From Candidatus Kapaibacterium sp. (GTDB lineage Bacteria > Bacteroidota > Ignavibacteria > Kapaibacteriales > UBA2268), in assembly GCA_963665665.1 (NCBI GenBank), contig OY762428.1, forward strand, positions 1,120,001 to 1,184,000: a stretch of DNA of 64,000 nucleotides, read 5' to 3'. The notes under the pieces were generated by a model, which was not told the DNA's origin, ran no database searches, and saw only the letters and a list, made by a program, of their open reading frames with translations. Positions within the stretch are counted from its first letter, which is position 1, and each line of letters opens with the position of its first letter. Shown one piece after another: positions 1 to 10,668 of the stretch. Position numbers and translations under genes: made by a program.

Positions 1-2470
1 CTATCAATTCTTCCGGCATTGCTATAAGCTCGTCAATTTCCGGTTTGGAAAGTATTGTTATAGGCTCGGCACAGGATGATGAAACACCGGTTCCGTGAGA
101 AACCCTGATATTATAGTCATTTCCTGGAGTAAGGTCAGAAGGTATCGACCACCAGTATTCGTCAGTAATAGTATCTTTAACAATAGTTGTCCAGGAAGAC
201 GAAGAATTGCCTGTATATTCAATCGTAAATTTTTCTCCTGATATAAAGCCATTTGAAATCCAGCTGATCTTGATATCAGTTCCCGGACAATACTCTTCAC
301 CGCCATAAGGGCCGTTAAGGTATATTTCAGCATTAACATTTTTAAATATAAAACCGTCGTAATCACCACCGCCATATTCCGATTGCAAAGTAAAATCAGT
401 CATTGCAATATTTTCAGATTCTCCATAACCGGCTACATATATATCACCCCTGTCGTCGAAAACAACACCTGTACCGTATTCTTCATACCTTCCTCCGAAA
501 TACATTAAATTGGGAATATCACTGCCATCGGAAGTACATTCAATAAATACGATATCCCTTGCTCCATGATTTTCGGTTGGGTTTCCTGATTTTTTCGGTA
601 AATCAGTTGAATTGGAATATCCTACGATCGTTAAAGATCCATTAACAGGATTTTTTCTCATGTCAACTGCGATATCTTCACCTTTACCACCAACAAGCGT
701 AGAGAAAAGCAATTCCTGGTTTGCAGCCCACCAGGACGATTCCCTTAATTTATCAAGTTTGGCAACAAATATATCTTTATCGCCACGAATATCAGATTCA
801 AAGGCATTGTCCGAAATAGGGAAAGTTTGTTCCCCGGGTTCTTTTTCAGTATACCCGGTAATAAACAATGTACCATCATTATCTACTACGCATGCAGTAC
901 CAACATCATCAGAAATACCGCCAAAATATCCGGAATAAATAACATTACCGCCATTACCTGACAGCTTTACTGCAAAAGCATCGTATCCGCCATTATAAGT
1001 ATAATCAAAAGGTTTTTCAAATACTCTGTTATACCAAATCCTGAGTGGAATTGTTGGGAAATCACCTGAATTAGTTTTACCGGTTATATAGACGATACCG
1101 TCATTATCAATATCAATACCATAGGCAATATCATCAGCTCCACCACATATTTTAGTTGAAAAAACAGGAGTGCCACCGTCTTCATCATATTTTGTTACAT
1201 AGGCATCCCAAAGGCCTGAGTAATCAGGAGAATAATCTGATTTTACATAAAAATTTCTCGATTTAGTACCGCCGGCAACATAAGCATTTCCGTCCCTGTC
1301 AACCCTCATGCAATGAAGTTCTTCAACATCGGTTCCACCCAAAAATGTAGAATACAGGAGGTCGTCACCTGTTGGAAGGAATTTCGCTATAAATGCATCC
1401 ACTTTATCAGCATATTCCAACTGGCCCGGGCGGTATTGCGGCAGGTCGTCAGAATCAGTAACGCCGGCAAGATAAATATTCCCCCACCTGTCAATAGCAA
1501 CCTGTGTTGCAATATCGTCTGCGGAACCACCAAAAATTGTTGATAAAATCAATTCCGGTTCAGCACCTGAAAGTTTCATTAGTGTGAAGAAAGCATCCTG
1601 CTCTCCGTTGAACTCAGTATCATAAGTTCCCGGAGTAATTGTAATGTCTGTTGATTCGGTAACACCGCCAATTACAAACTTACCGTCTTCCATATAATCA
1701 ACGGAGTTAATTTTGTCAGCACTGCTACCGCCAAAATAACTTGCAAAAACAACAGGATCAATGATTAGTTCTTTCGTTTTGTCATAATCGCCAATTGCAA
1801 AATTTATTTTATTACCAACAATGTTAAAACTACAATCAATCGTTTTTGTCTCATTGTCAATTTTCTGAAAAGCTAATAATTTGCCGTTATAGAGCTTTCC
1901 GAACCTGGTATTGATAGCAATTCCTTTTTCACCGGCATTCGCAATCTTATCAGACCCTTCAATTATTAATTCGATTAATTCAGGATCTGCTCCCGGAGAA
2001 ACAATAAAATCATATCGCGGGAAACCATTGTCGGTCATGATTTTTAAATCGATACCTTCATAAATATCTCTTATAATCAGATTTTTATAAGCGGAAGCAC
2101 CTTTAATCCATTTTCGGGTATCCTTACCCTTAAGGTAATTATATTTTGATACAGCATTTCCAATAGGCTCAATATTAAAATTATTTATATCGCCTGTAGA
2201 CAAGCTGATAACATGGCCGTGAACAAAAAATTCCGACGACTCTTTATCAATTTCAAACAAGTCAAACACCAAAGATTGTTTAGTTATAGCAAATTTAAGA
2301 TTCTTGGATCGATATAAAAACTTAACATTGTGATCCCATTGACCCTTATTTTCGATAAAACCAAAATTATCAGGAATACCTTCAGCAGGAATATTCTTTT
2401 CATTGGCATGGAGTGATAAGGATGTAATTTGGAATAAAATTCCGATTAGTAGTAGGTAGGTAATTTGCAT
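1..2470 (-). CDS. Large secreted SBBP-repeat (beta-propeller) protein, runs off the left edge; absent from the ORF track
   Basis: Manual translation from ATG 2470: signal peptide MQITYLLLIGILFQITSLSLHA, then GFIENKGQWD, RYDFIVSPGADP, ELIIDPVVFASYFGGS and repeated STF/IxGG...D..GNxYxAG units; same frame is still open at the window edge. Confidence 0.8.
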   Translation of the reverse strand, partial: MQITYLLLIGILFQITSLSLHANEKNIPAEGIPDNFGFIENKGQWDHNVKFLYRSKNLKFAITKQSLVFDLFEIDKESSEFFVHGHVISLSTGDINNFNIEPIGNAVSKYNYLKGKDTRKWIKGASAYKNLIIRDIYEGIDLKIMTDNGFPRYDFIVSPGADPELIELIIEGSDKIANAGEKGIAINTRFGKLYNGKLLAFQKIDNETKTIDCSFNIVGNKINFAIGDYDKTKELIIDPVVFASYFGGSSADKINSVDYMEDGKFVIGGVTESTDITITPGTYDTEFNGEQDAFFTLMKLSGAEPELILSTIFGGSADDIATQVAIDRWGNIYLAGVTDSDDLPQYRPGQLEYADKVDAFIAKFLPTGDDLLYSTFLGGTDVEELHCMRVDRDGNAYVAGGTKSRNFYVKSDYSPDYSGLWDAYVTKYDEDGGTPVFSTKICGGADDIAYGIDIDNDGIVYITGKTNSGDFPTIPLRIWYNRVFEKPFDYTYNGGYDAFAVKLSGNGGNVIYSGYFGGISDDVGTACVVDNDGTLFITGYTEKEPGEQTFPISDNAFESDIRGDKDIFVAKLDKLRESSWWAANQELLFSTLVGGKGEDIAVDMRKNPVNGSLTIVGYSNSTDLPKKSGNPTENHGARDIVFIECTSDGSDIPNLMYFGGRYEEYGTGVVFDDRGDIYVAGYGESENIAMTDFTLQSEYGGGDYDGFIFKNVNAEIYLNGPYGGEEYCPGTDIKISWISNGFISGEKFTIEYTGNSSSSWTTIVKDTITDEYWWSIPSDLTPGNDYNIRVSHGTGVSSSCAEPITILSKPEIDELIAMPEELI

Positions 2471-2612
2471 TTTTAGCCCCGAAACAAATTAAAAAAAATT
2501 ATTTACACATCAATACCCGATTAGCGGGTATCCCCTTGGTAATGGCATCTGTAATTATAACCAGTTAAAACAATATTTGTTACATAGCAATGCAATAAGA
2601 TTTGGATATTTT

Positions 2613-3680
2613 TCAGTAATTTTTCAAAATTTCAAGGATTTTCTTCATGTCATCCGGCAAATCAGAAGAAAAACTTAGTCTTTCGCCACTGACCGGATGA
2701 GTAAATTCCAGTATACCAGCATGAAGCATTTGTCTCTGTGCAACATCCAGACATCTTTCTGCCATTTTTCTGAATTCTGGTAATTGGCCGCCGAATTTCA
2801 CTTTGGCGCCCCCATACTCGCTGTCCCCGAGAATAGGATGATGATTAAATGCAAGATGCACCCTTATCTGGTGTGTCCTGCCTGTGTGCAGCTTAATTTT
2901 TAGTAGAGTGAAATGCCTGAATCTTTCAAGTACCTGATAATCAGTACGTGCATATTTCCCGCCGCGTTTTACTATCGCAAACTGTTTTCTGTATTTCGGC
3001 GAACGGCCAATATCACCTTCTATAGTACCTTCATCCTTGTCAAATTCTCCCCATGCAATTGTATAATAATATTTGCCAATAGTCCTGTCTGCGAATTGCT
3101 CCGCCAATTTTGCATGAATATCCGGATTTTTTGCAATCACCATAGTACCGCTGGTATCTTTATCAAGGCGGTGAACAATACCGGGCCTTACTTCCATTGA
3201 AGCAAAAATTTTCTCATCAGGCTCCTCAATAAATTCAGTGTCAACTTCAATATTTTCGCGCTTACCTGTATGCCACAAAACTGCATTCACAAGAGTGCCA
3301 TAGCGATTACCAAATCCCGGGTGGCTTACCATTCCCGGTGGTTTATTTACTACCAGCAGATATTCATCTTCAAAAATAATATCAAGCGGAATATTCTCCG
3401 GAACAAGTACTACAGGCGGTGGTTTCATTATCGTACAGCGAATATTGTCTCCGGGTTGTATCTTTCTGCTGTGCTTTGATACTTCTCCATTAACAAGTAC
3501 CTGCTCAGCATCAATAGCTTTTTGCACTTTCGTGCGAGAGGCATTGGTAATGCTTCTTGTAAGAAATCGATCCAGCCTTTCCGGGCTTTGATTCTGTGTA
3601 ATATTAAATTCAAACACTTTTTCGACGTAGTCGGGATAATTTCTTTTGTCCTCAAATTCATTTTCATCAATATCACTCAT
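2613..3680 (-). CDS. rluD: RluA/RluD-family 23S rRNA pseudouridine synthase
   Basis: S4 domain (ERLDRFL), VNKPPGMVSHP, catalytic HRLDKDTSG, TGRTHQIRVH. Confidence 0.9.
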   Translation of the reverse strand: MSDIDENEFEDKRNYPDYVEKVFEFNITQNQSPERLDRFLTRSITNASRTKVQKAIDAEQVLVNGEVSKHSRKIQPGDNIRCTIMKPPPVVLVPENIPLDIIFEDEYLLVVNKPPGMVSHPGFGNRYGTLVNAVLWHTGKRENIEVDTEFIEEPDEKIFASMEVRPGIVHRLDKDTSGTMVIAKNPDIHAKLAEQFADRTIGKYYYTIAWGEFDKDEGTIEGDIGRSPKYRKQFAIVKRGGKYARTDYQVLERFRHFTLLKIKLHTGRTHQIRVHLAFNHHPILGDSEYGGAKVKFGGQLPEFRKMAERCLDVAQRQMLHAGILEFTHPVSGERLSFSSDLPDDMKKILEILKNY

Positions 3681-4324
3681 ATCGTATTTCTCGCATTCTC
3701 ATCATTATCATCAATTAACTTATCCGTTCCAACATCACCATCCTTCTTTTTGGGAAATACTTCCGAAAATGAAGGGATTTTGCTATTGAACAACAAAAGA
3801 AAAACCACTCCCACGGTAACACATGAGTCAGCTACATTGAACACCGGAAAATGAGTATAATACAAACCCAGAAAGTCTACATCAGGAATATCAACCTGTA
3901 CAAAATCCACTACTTTACCATAGAAAATCGGAGATTCCCCATAGAACACTCCATAGAACACCCTGTCAATTAAATTCCCTACTGCTCCGGCAAATATCAG
4001 CATTATACCTGTTTTAACACCAGGATGGAAAAATCTGATTTTATATAGGTATATTCCAAGGGCTATACTGGCAAATACAGAAAACAAACTTAGGAATATT
4101 TTTGCTGCTCCAAAACTAATTCCAAAAGCCATTCCTGCATTTTCCACAAAAGTAAATTGAATAAAATCTCCCCAAACTTCTACAGCTTCTCCCAGGTAAA
4201 AGCCTTCATGCTTAAAACCGAAAAGATTGAAGCCCTTTACAGATATTTTAGTAAGCTGATCAAAAATAATTAGTAAGAATGCTGTAAGAAAAAACAGCCT
4301 GGCTTTATTATCATTTTTTTCCAA
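3677..4324 (-). CDS. lspA: Lipoprotein signal peptidase II (start probably TTG 4324; ORF track starts 4360)
   Basis: DQLTK, NAGMAFG, GAVGNLIDR, VVDF, FNVADS motifs; ileS-dksA-lspA-rluD order. Confidence 0.92.
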   Translation of the reverse strand: MEKNDNKARLFFLTAFLLIIFDQLTKISVKGFNLFGFKHEGFYLGEAVEVWGDFIQFTFVENAGMAFGISFGAAKIFLSLFSVFASIALGIYLYKIRFFHPGVKTGIMLIFAGAVGNLIDRVFYGVFYGESPIFYGKVVDFVQVDIPDVDFLGLYYTHFPVFNVADSCVTVGVVFLLLFNSKIPSFSEVFPKKKDGDVGTDKLIDDNDENARNTI

Positions 4325-4396
4325 ATCTGCACCTTCTTTATAAAAAAAGGGACATTTCAATAAAACGCCCCCATGAATATTTAATTCCGGCCCCGA

Positions 4397-5164
4397 TTAA
4401 CCGTTTCTGGCTTCAATACGGTCAATACCGTCTTCCGGGCATTTCTGGTGTATTTTATAGGATGCCGACAGTGTTGTTATCGGCACAGCCATCAGTCTTG
4501 CTTTTGCGATTAAACACCCGCAAACCCTGCAAACACCATAAGTTTTATCTTTTATACGATTCAAGGCTTCATCAAGTTTCTTAATATAATCATGAATTCT
4601 CTGTATCTGAGCATAAGTTTTTTCTTTCTCCAAAGCTTCAGAGCCCTGCTCGGCCATGTGCATTGAATATATCATACTCTCTTCAGCAAAATCATAATTA
4701 GTAAGGTCTTCCAGCCTGTCTTTCAGCATACGAAGTTCATCCAAAGCTTCATTTTTGGATTCCATAATGATATTCCTGAACATATCAAGGTCTTCATCAG
4801 AGTACCTGAGTGAAGGATCGTAAGGCCTTTTAGCCTTTTCTTCGGCAGCATTCTGCAATTTGGGCCTTCCTGATTCAGATATTTCATTATTGGGATCAAT
4901 CTTTTTCGTTTCGGCTTTTGTTGATTTTTTTGCAGTTGTCTTCTTTGCCGTAGTTTTTTTAGCAGTAGATTTTGCTGCTGTCGTTTTTTTCGTAGCAGTT
5001 TTGGCTTTAGTATTAGCTTCGGCCTTATCGGCAGTTTTTGCTGTTTTAGTGGTCGATTTCTTTGCAGCAGTTTTCTTAGCCGTAGATTTTTTGGCCGTAG
5101 TCTTTTTAGCAGTAGTTTTTTTCTCTTCTGCTTCAGGCTCTTTTTTTGTTGTTTTTTTGGCCAT
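4397..5164 (-). CDS. DksA/TraR-family protein with a Lys/Ala/Thr-rich histone-like N-terminal extension
   Basis: C-terminal LDEALNRIKDKTYGVCRVCG...ARLMAVP; about 90 aa of KKTTAKK-type repeats; lies between ileS and lspA. Confidence 0.85.
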   Translation of the reverse strand: MAKKTTKKEPEAEEKKTTAKKTTAKKSTAKKTAAKKSTTKTAKTADKAEANTKAKTATKKTTAAKSTAKKTTAKKTTAKKSTKAETKKIDPNNEISESGRPKLQNAAEEKAKRPYDPSLRYSDEDLDMFRNIIMESKNEALDELRMLKDRLEDLTNYDFAEESMIYSMHMAEQGSEALEKEKTYAQIQRIHDYIKKLDEALNRIKDKTYGVCRVCGCLIAKARLMAVPITTLSASYKIHQKCPEDGIDRIEARNG

Positions 5165-5355
5165 AATAATTCTCCTATTAACTTTGTCTTATTATCATTT
5201 TTTTTATTATCCGGCCTAAATATAATTATATACTCTGCCCCATTTTAGCAGTTTAATCGTTGCTCCGCTTAATTTGCCTGACGATATACCTACTCTCTGT
5301 CATGCTGTTCTACGGCCTAAGATAATAAAGAACTATATCAATTGCAATCAAATAA

Positions 5356-8300
5356 TTACTTTTTCACTAAAGAAATTGTTACAATTTCTTCATCAATATC
5401 AATTTTTTCTCCCGAAAGAGACTCTACCCTTAAAATTTCTTCCGCAAGAGTTTCGTTTGCAATATAATCATTCATTTCAATAATTGCTTTACTTAAAATT
5501 TCTGAAGCGTCGAAACTGATAGAAATCCTGTCAGTAACATCAAACCCTGAACTTTTCCTTAGATTCTGTACCCTGTTAACAAATTCCCTTGCCAAACCTT
5601 CGGTTATCAGCTCATTATCAAGCTGGGTATCCAAAGCAACAGTTGTACCATGCTCGGTGGCTACCAGCCATCCTTCAATATCTTCACTTTGAATCTCGAT
5701 ATCCTCGTTCAGTATCTCAACGTTTTCGTCACCAATATTAAGATTATAACAGCCCTTTGTTTCAAGGTCATTAATCTGTTCAGAATTCATTCCGCGAATC
5801 GCATTTGCCACAGGCTGTGTTTTCTTGCCGAATTTCTTTCCAATTGTCTTGAAGTTCGGTTTGGCTGTTTTTTTAACAATATCTGAAGTATCATCAGTAA
5901 CGAATTCAACAGCCTTGATATTCAATTCATCGGCAATAATATGTTCTACGGCCTGTATATCTCTTCTTTCCTCTGCACTGAGTACGGGTATCAAAATCCT
6001 GCGTAAAGGCTGCCTTGTACGAATACGCGCTTTTTCCCTGAGCGACCTTGCCAGGTTAACAATCACCTGTGCCTTTTCCATTCTTCTTTCCAACTCGGGA
6101 TCAATATTTTCCCCGACAGGCTTGGGAAGGAATGTAAGATGAATTGATTCAGGTTCACTCTGCTTCTTTAGCCTCAGGAACAACGTTTCTCCGAGGAAAG
6201 GAGCAGTAGGTGATATCAATGAAGCAATTTTCAACATTACTTCCCTTAATGTCTGGTAAGCAGACAGCTTATCATTATCCATCTCGCCTTTCCAGAAACG
6301 ACGACGGTTACGCCTGATATACCAGTTAGACAGTTCATATATTGTAAAACTCTGAATGGCTCGTTGCGCTTTTGTCAGTTCGAACTCTTTCATAAGCTCC
6401 ATATATTCTTTAACCAGAGAATTAACACGTGAAATTATCCAGCGGTCAAATTCCGGACGTTCTGATACCGGAATTTCTTCTTCATTACCGGTAAAATTAT
6501 CAATATTTGCATAGAGTGTGAAGAATGCATAAGTATTTGTAAGCGACCTGAAGAAATCCGAAATAACTGTTTTCGCAATATCTTCAGGATTGAACAATGT
6601 TGCACGCCAGGGCGGGTTATTTACAAATAAATACCAGCGTACAGCGTCTGCCCCGTATTTTTCCATCATCTCGAACGGATCAACAGTATTGCCTTTTGAT
6701 TTAGACATTTTTACGCCGTTCTTATCAAGAATTAATTCATTTACGACGATATTCCTAAAAGCAGGCTTGCCAAAAATAGCTGATGCAATATTGTGAAGCG
6801 TATAGAACCAGCCTCTTGTCTGGTCAATACCCTCGGCAATAAAATCGCCGGGGAACATTGATTCAAATAATTCTTTATTTTCGAACGGGTAGTGATACTG
6901 CGCGAAAGGCATAGCGCCGGAATCAAACCAAACATCAATCACTTCATGTACGCGTCGGTAGGTCTGGCCGTTCTTTTCAAATATCACATTATCAACGAAG
7001 GGTCGGTGAAGGTCAGTTTCTATTCCACATTCTTTTACCGCTACTCTTCTGCCGTCCTCAAATTCATATAGCCCCTGCTCGAGATCTTCAATGGAACCAA
7101 GAGCAAACATATCTTTTTTATCTTCAGAAACCCATATAGGAAGCGGTGTACCCCAGAATCTGTCGCGTGAAAGCGACCAGTCTTTAACTTCTTCCAGCCA
7201 GTTCCCGAACCTTCCGGTCCCGATTTCAGGAGGCTGCCAGGTTATCTCTTTATTAAGGCCAATCATTTTTTCTTTATATTCGGGAGATTTAATAAACCAC
7301 GACTCCCTTGCATAATACATAATCGGGTTACCGGTTCTCCAGCAATGCGGGTAACTGTGAAGATAATCGTTAGTGGAACGGTAGATTTTATCCATTTTTT
7401 TAAGTTCAATTACGATATCTTTGTCGGAACCCTCTTCCTTGTGATCTTCATATTCAAAGTTCTTGATAGCCCTTCCTGCAAACGGGCCGAGTTCCTCGGT
7501 AAAATGGCCGTTTGCTGTAACCGGCTGCACAAAGGGAAGATTATGAAGCCTTGACATCCTGTAATCGTCTTCACCGAAAGCCGGAGCCATGTGAACAACA
7601 CCTGTACCATCTTCGGTTGTTACAAAATCACCGGCAAGAACAGAAAGTGCATTAGGATGCTTTTCCATATCAAGCTTTACATAATCGAATATCTGCTCGT
7701 ATCTTGTTCCTACAATTTCGCTGCCTTTGAACTCTTTCAGAATTTCGTAATCGCCATCAAGCGCTCCGAGCCTCGATTTTGCCAGAACCAGCGTATCTTC
7801 TAAAGTATTCTCTTTAAATTTTCTTATATTTTTGATAAGGACATAATCAATATCTTCGCCTACAGCCAGGGCTACATTCGCAAACAATGTCCAGGGTGTT
7901 GTAGTCCATACCATTATCCTGGCATCTTCAATTTCTTTTATCGGCGAGGATGTTATTTTAAGTTTCAGATAGCAATTCGGGTCGCGCACGTCGCGATAGT
8001 TCTGTGCAAGTTCATGCGAGCTTAGAGGCGTTTCAATTGTAGGAGACTGCGGAACAACTTTAAATCCGCGATAGATCAGGCCTTTGTCAAAAAATTGTTT
8101 AAGAGCCCACCAGACTGATTCTACATATTCCTGAGTACATGTGATATAAGCAGAATCCAGGTCAATCCAGTAGCCCATCCTGTCGGTAAGGTAACGCCAG
8201 CCGTCAGCCATGTCAATATTTTTATAGACAAATTCTTTACAGGCAGCATTGAATTTATCAATTCCATATTCCTCAACATCAGCCTTATCCTTCAATCCGA

Positions 8301-8598
8301 GTTCCTTCTGAACCTGAATTTCAACGGGCAGGCCATGAGTATCCCAACCGGCCTGACGACGTACATAATGTCCCGTCATAGTTTTAAAACGGCACATCGT
8401 ATCTTTGATAGTCCTTGCCATCATGTGGTGAATACCGGGCTTGCCGTTCACTGTGGGGGGGCCTTCGTAGAATGCAAAGGTAGGATTTCCTTCGCGCTCT
8501 TCCAGAGATTTCTCAAATATATTATTTTCCTTCCAGAATTTCAGAACGTCATGTTCTAATTCCGGGTAATTGAATTTATCAGGTAAAGGCTTAAACAT
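5356..8598 (-). CDS. ileS: Isoleucine--tRNA ligase, type 2
   Basis: FYEGPPTVNGKPGIHH, GWDTHGLPVE, WTTTPWTL, AEGIDQTRGWFY, KMSKS; 1080 aa. Confidence 0.97.
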   Translation of the reverse strand: MFKPLPDKFNYPELEHDVLKFWKENNIFEKSLEEREGNPTFAFYEGPPTVNGKPGIHHMMARTIKDTMCRFKTMTGHYVRRQAGWDTHGLPVEIQVQKELGLKDKADVEEYGIDKFNAACKEFVYKNIDMADGWRYLTDRMGYWIDLDSAYITCTQEYVESVWWALKQFFDKGLIYRGFKVVPQSPTIETPLSSHELAQNYRDVRDPNCYLKLKITSSPIKEIEDARIMVWTTTPWTLFANVALAVGEDIDYVLIKNIRKFKENTLEDTLVLAKSRLGALDGDYEILKEFKGSEIVGTRYEQIFDYVKLDMEKHPNALSVLAGDFVTTEDGTGVVHMAPAFGEDDYRMSRLHNLPFVQPVTANGHFTEELGPFAGRAIKNFEYEDHKEEGSDKDIVIELKKMDKIYRSTNDYLHSYPHCWRTGNPIMYYARESWFIKSPEYKEKMIGLNKEITWQPPEIGTGRFGNWLEEVKDWSLSRDRFWGTPLPIWVSEDKKDMFALGSIEDLEQGLYEFEDGRRVAVKECGIETDLHRPFVDNVIFEKNGQTYRRVHEVIDVWFDSGAMPFAQYHYPFENKELFESMFPGDFIAEGIDQTRGWFYTLHNIASAIFGKPAFRNIVVNELILDKNGVKMSKSKGNTVDPFEMMEKYGADAVRWYLFVNNPPWRATLFNPEDIAKTVISDFFRSLTNTYAFFTLYANIDNFTGNEEEIPVSERPEFDRWIISRVNSLVKEYMELMKEFELTKAQRAIQSFTIYELSNWYIRRNRRRFWKGEMDNDKLSAYQTLREVMLKIASLISPTAPFLGETLFLRLKKQSEPESIHLTFLPKPVGENIDPELERRMEKAQVIVNLARSLREKARIRTRQPLRRILIPVLSAEERRDIQAVEHIIADELNIKAVEFVTDDTSDIVKKTAKPNFKTIGKKFGKKTQPVANAIRGMNSEQINDLETKGCYNLNIGDENVEILNEDIEIQSEDIEGWLVATEHGTTVALDTQLDNELITEGLAREFVNRVQNLRKSSGFDVTDRISISFDASEILSKAIIEMNDYIANETLAEEILRVESLSGEKIDIDEEIVTISLVKK

Positions 8599-8919
8599 TT
8601 TTCTGCCATCTTTTCATTAAACAAAAAACAAGCTACAATTATATTAATTTTAAATGAAATATCAAAGCTAAATTAAAGATAGAGAATAAAATATATTATT
8701 TGTGCAAAAAAGATATCAATATTGTAGAGCTGATTTCTGAATATTTGAGCAAATTCTATTGTTAGGCCATTATGAACAAACTTCAGGCAAATATAAAATA
8801 ATTTAATTTTATTTTGGAAAATCCTTATCTTTAAAAAATCTAATAAGTGAATAATTGATTTACTCAATATTTTTATATGTAGAACTACCATTTGTTTAAA
8901 CATCACACAGGATTATTAT

Positions 8920-10347
8920 ATGTCAGATTTAAAACCCGAAATTTTAGACGTGGTTAAAAAATCAAAAGCCGCTGCCGGAGTGTTTTCACAGTACACTCAG
9001 GAGCACGTGGACAGAATTGTTAAAGCTATTTATAAAGCTGCTTTCGACAACAGGATCAAACTTGCAAAAATGGCCGTAGAAGAAACAGGAATGGGAGTAT
9101 TCGAAGATAAAGTTATAAAGAATGTACTCTCATCACAGTTTGTTTATAATGACATTAAAGACATGAAAACCGTGGGTATAATCAGTGAGGACAGGGTTTC
9201 CGGTATTACTGAGATAGCACAGCCTCTTGGCCCCATTTTTGCCGTTATCCCGGTTACAAACCCCACATCTACAATTATTTATAAAATTCTTATTTCGTTA
9301 AAATCCCGTAATCCGCTTATTATCCACCCGCACAGGATGGCTACAGAATGTTCAATAGAAACAGCAAGGATATGTTATGAAGCAGCATTGAGTGAAGACG
9401 CACCTGAGGATTGCATCCAATGGGTTAGCGGATTTAAACGAGAGGACACACAAGGCCTGATGTCACATCCCGACATAGCTCTTATCCTGGCAACCGGCGG
9501 CAGCGGACTGGTTAAGGCAGCATACAGCAGCGGTACTCCGGCTCTTGGTGTGGGTGCAGGAAATGTGCCTGTATTCATCGAGAAAACTGCCGATGTAGAA
9601 TATTCGGTAACACAGATACTCTCATCTAAATTATTTGATTTCGGTACAATATGCGCCAGCGAGCAGGCAATTGTAACACAGAAGGAAATCTCTGATGATG
9701 TAGTTGCAGAATTCAAAAAGCAGGGTGCTTACTTCATGAATGAAGAAGAAAGAAAGAAAATTGAAGCTGTTTCCTTTGATATGAAGAAAAATTCAATGAA
9801 GGGTGATGTTGTCGGTAAATCTGCCGAATTCATAGCAAACCTTGCAGGAGTTGATGTACCCGATGGTACCAGAGTACTGATTTCTTTGCTGGATCAGGTA
9901 AGCAAAGAAGTGGCCCTTTCAAGTGAAATTCTTGCTCCGCTACTTGCTATGTATGTGGAAGACAATTACGATGATGCTGTAAACCGCTGTATTGACTTGA
10001 ATTACCATGGCGGTATCGGACACACTGCCAGTATTTATTCAAACGATGAAGATGTTATCAGGAAATTCGCCCTGATAATGAACGCGGGCAGGGTTGTTGT
10101 TAATATGCCTTCATCTCAGGGAGCCGTTGGTTTTACAAGCGGTTTGAATCCTTCTCTGACACTCGGCTGCGGTACAGGCGGAAAAAACATTACAACAGAT
10201 AATATCACTGCCACACACCTTCTGAATATTCAGAGAATTGCAAGATACAGGTCGAACTTCCTGTTTGACAGGTTTGACAAATCGAAATATTTCGACGAAA
10301 ATTACAAATCAGATGACCTCGATAAAGAATTTTATAAAAATATATAA
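8920..10347 (+). CDS. CoA-acylating aldehyde dehydrogenase (AdhE N-terminal/EutE-like), standalone
   Basis: PVTNPTST, ATGGSGLVKAAYSSGTPALGVGAGN, catalytic GTICASEQ, GHTASIYS, TLGCGTGG. Confidence 0.9.
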   Translation: MSDLKPEILDVVKKSKAAAGVFSQYTQEHVDRIVKAIYKAAFDNRIKLAKMAVEETGMGVFEDKVIKNVLSSQFVYNDIKDMKTVGIISEDRVSGITEIAQPLGPIFAVIPVTNPTSTIIYKILISLKSRNPLIIHPHRMATECSIETARICYEAALSEDAPEDCIQWVSGFKREDTQGLMSHPDIALILATGGSGLVKAAYSSGTPALGVGAGNVPVFIEKTADVEYSVTQILSSKLFDFGTICASEQAIVTQKEISDDVVAEFKKQGAYFMNEEERKKIEAVSFDMKKNSMKGDVVGKSAEFIANLAGVDVPDGTRVLISLLDQVSKEVALSSEILAPLLAMYVEDNYDDAVNRCIDLNYHGGIGHTASIYSNDEDVIRKFALIMNAGRVVVNMPSSQGAVGFTSGLNPSLTLGCGTGGKNITTDNITATHLLNIQRIARYRSNFLFDRFDKSKYFDENYKSDDLDKEFYKNI

Positions 10348-10649
10348 TGGAAACTAAAATGCTGGAAGTAAAAAAAGAAAATGACAAAATTACCGTAGCT
10401 TTCCCTGCAAGCCTCGGAACAGCAATATCTAAGGATTTTGAACCGGAACTAAAGGAAATTGCAAAATCCGCCGAAGAAAAACTCACATTTGATTTCAATG
10501 GCGTAACCTTCATCTGCTCTTATTTCCTGCGCCTCCTTTTATCAGCTTATAAGGAAGTAGGCGGAGATAATTTCGAAGTTATCAATGTTGGACCCGAGAT
10601 CAAAAAAGTATTGAAAATCGCCGGATTCGACAAGTATTTGAATATATAA
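10347..10649 (+). CDS. STAS-domain protein (anti-anti-sigma type)
   Basis: LTFDFNGVTFICSYFLRLLL and IKKVLKIAGFDKYL; start overlaps the ALDH stop (TAATG). Confidence 0.85.
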   Translation: METKMLEVKKENDKITVAFPASLGTAISKDFEPELKEIAKSAEEKLTFDFNGVTFICSYFLRLLLSAYKEVGGDNFEVINVGPEIKKVLKIAGFDKYLNI

Positions 10650-10668
10650 ATTTGCATGAAGTCTTTTT

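Noticed and set aside
2513-2531. Hairpin ATACCCG-ATTAG-CGGGTAT upstream of the SBBP gene
   Set aside because: Single short stem without a clear U-tract or recognisable riboswitch consensus
5165-5355. Possible c-di-GMP-I riboswitch (CGGCCTAA occurs twice) between ileS and the dksA-like gene
   Set aside because: The motif is antisense to the genes and the GCAAA/GNRA elements are not in the required arrangement
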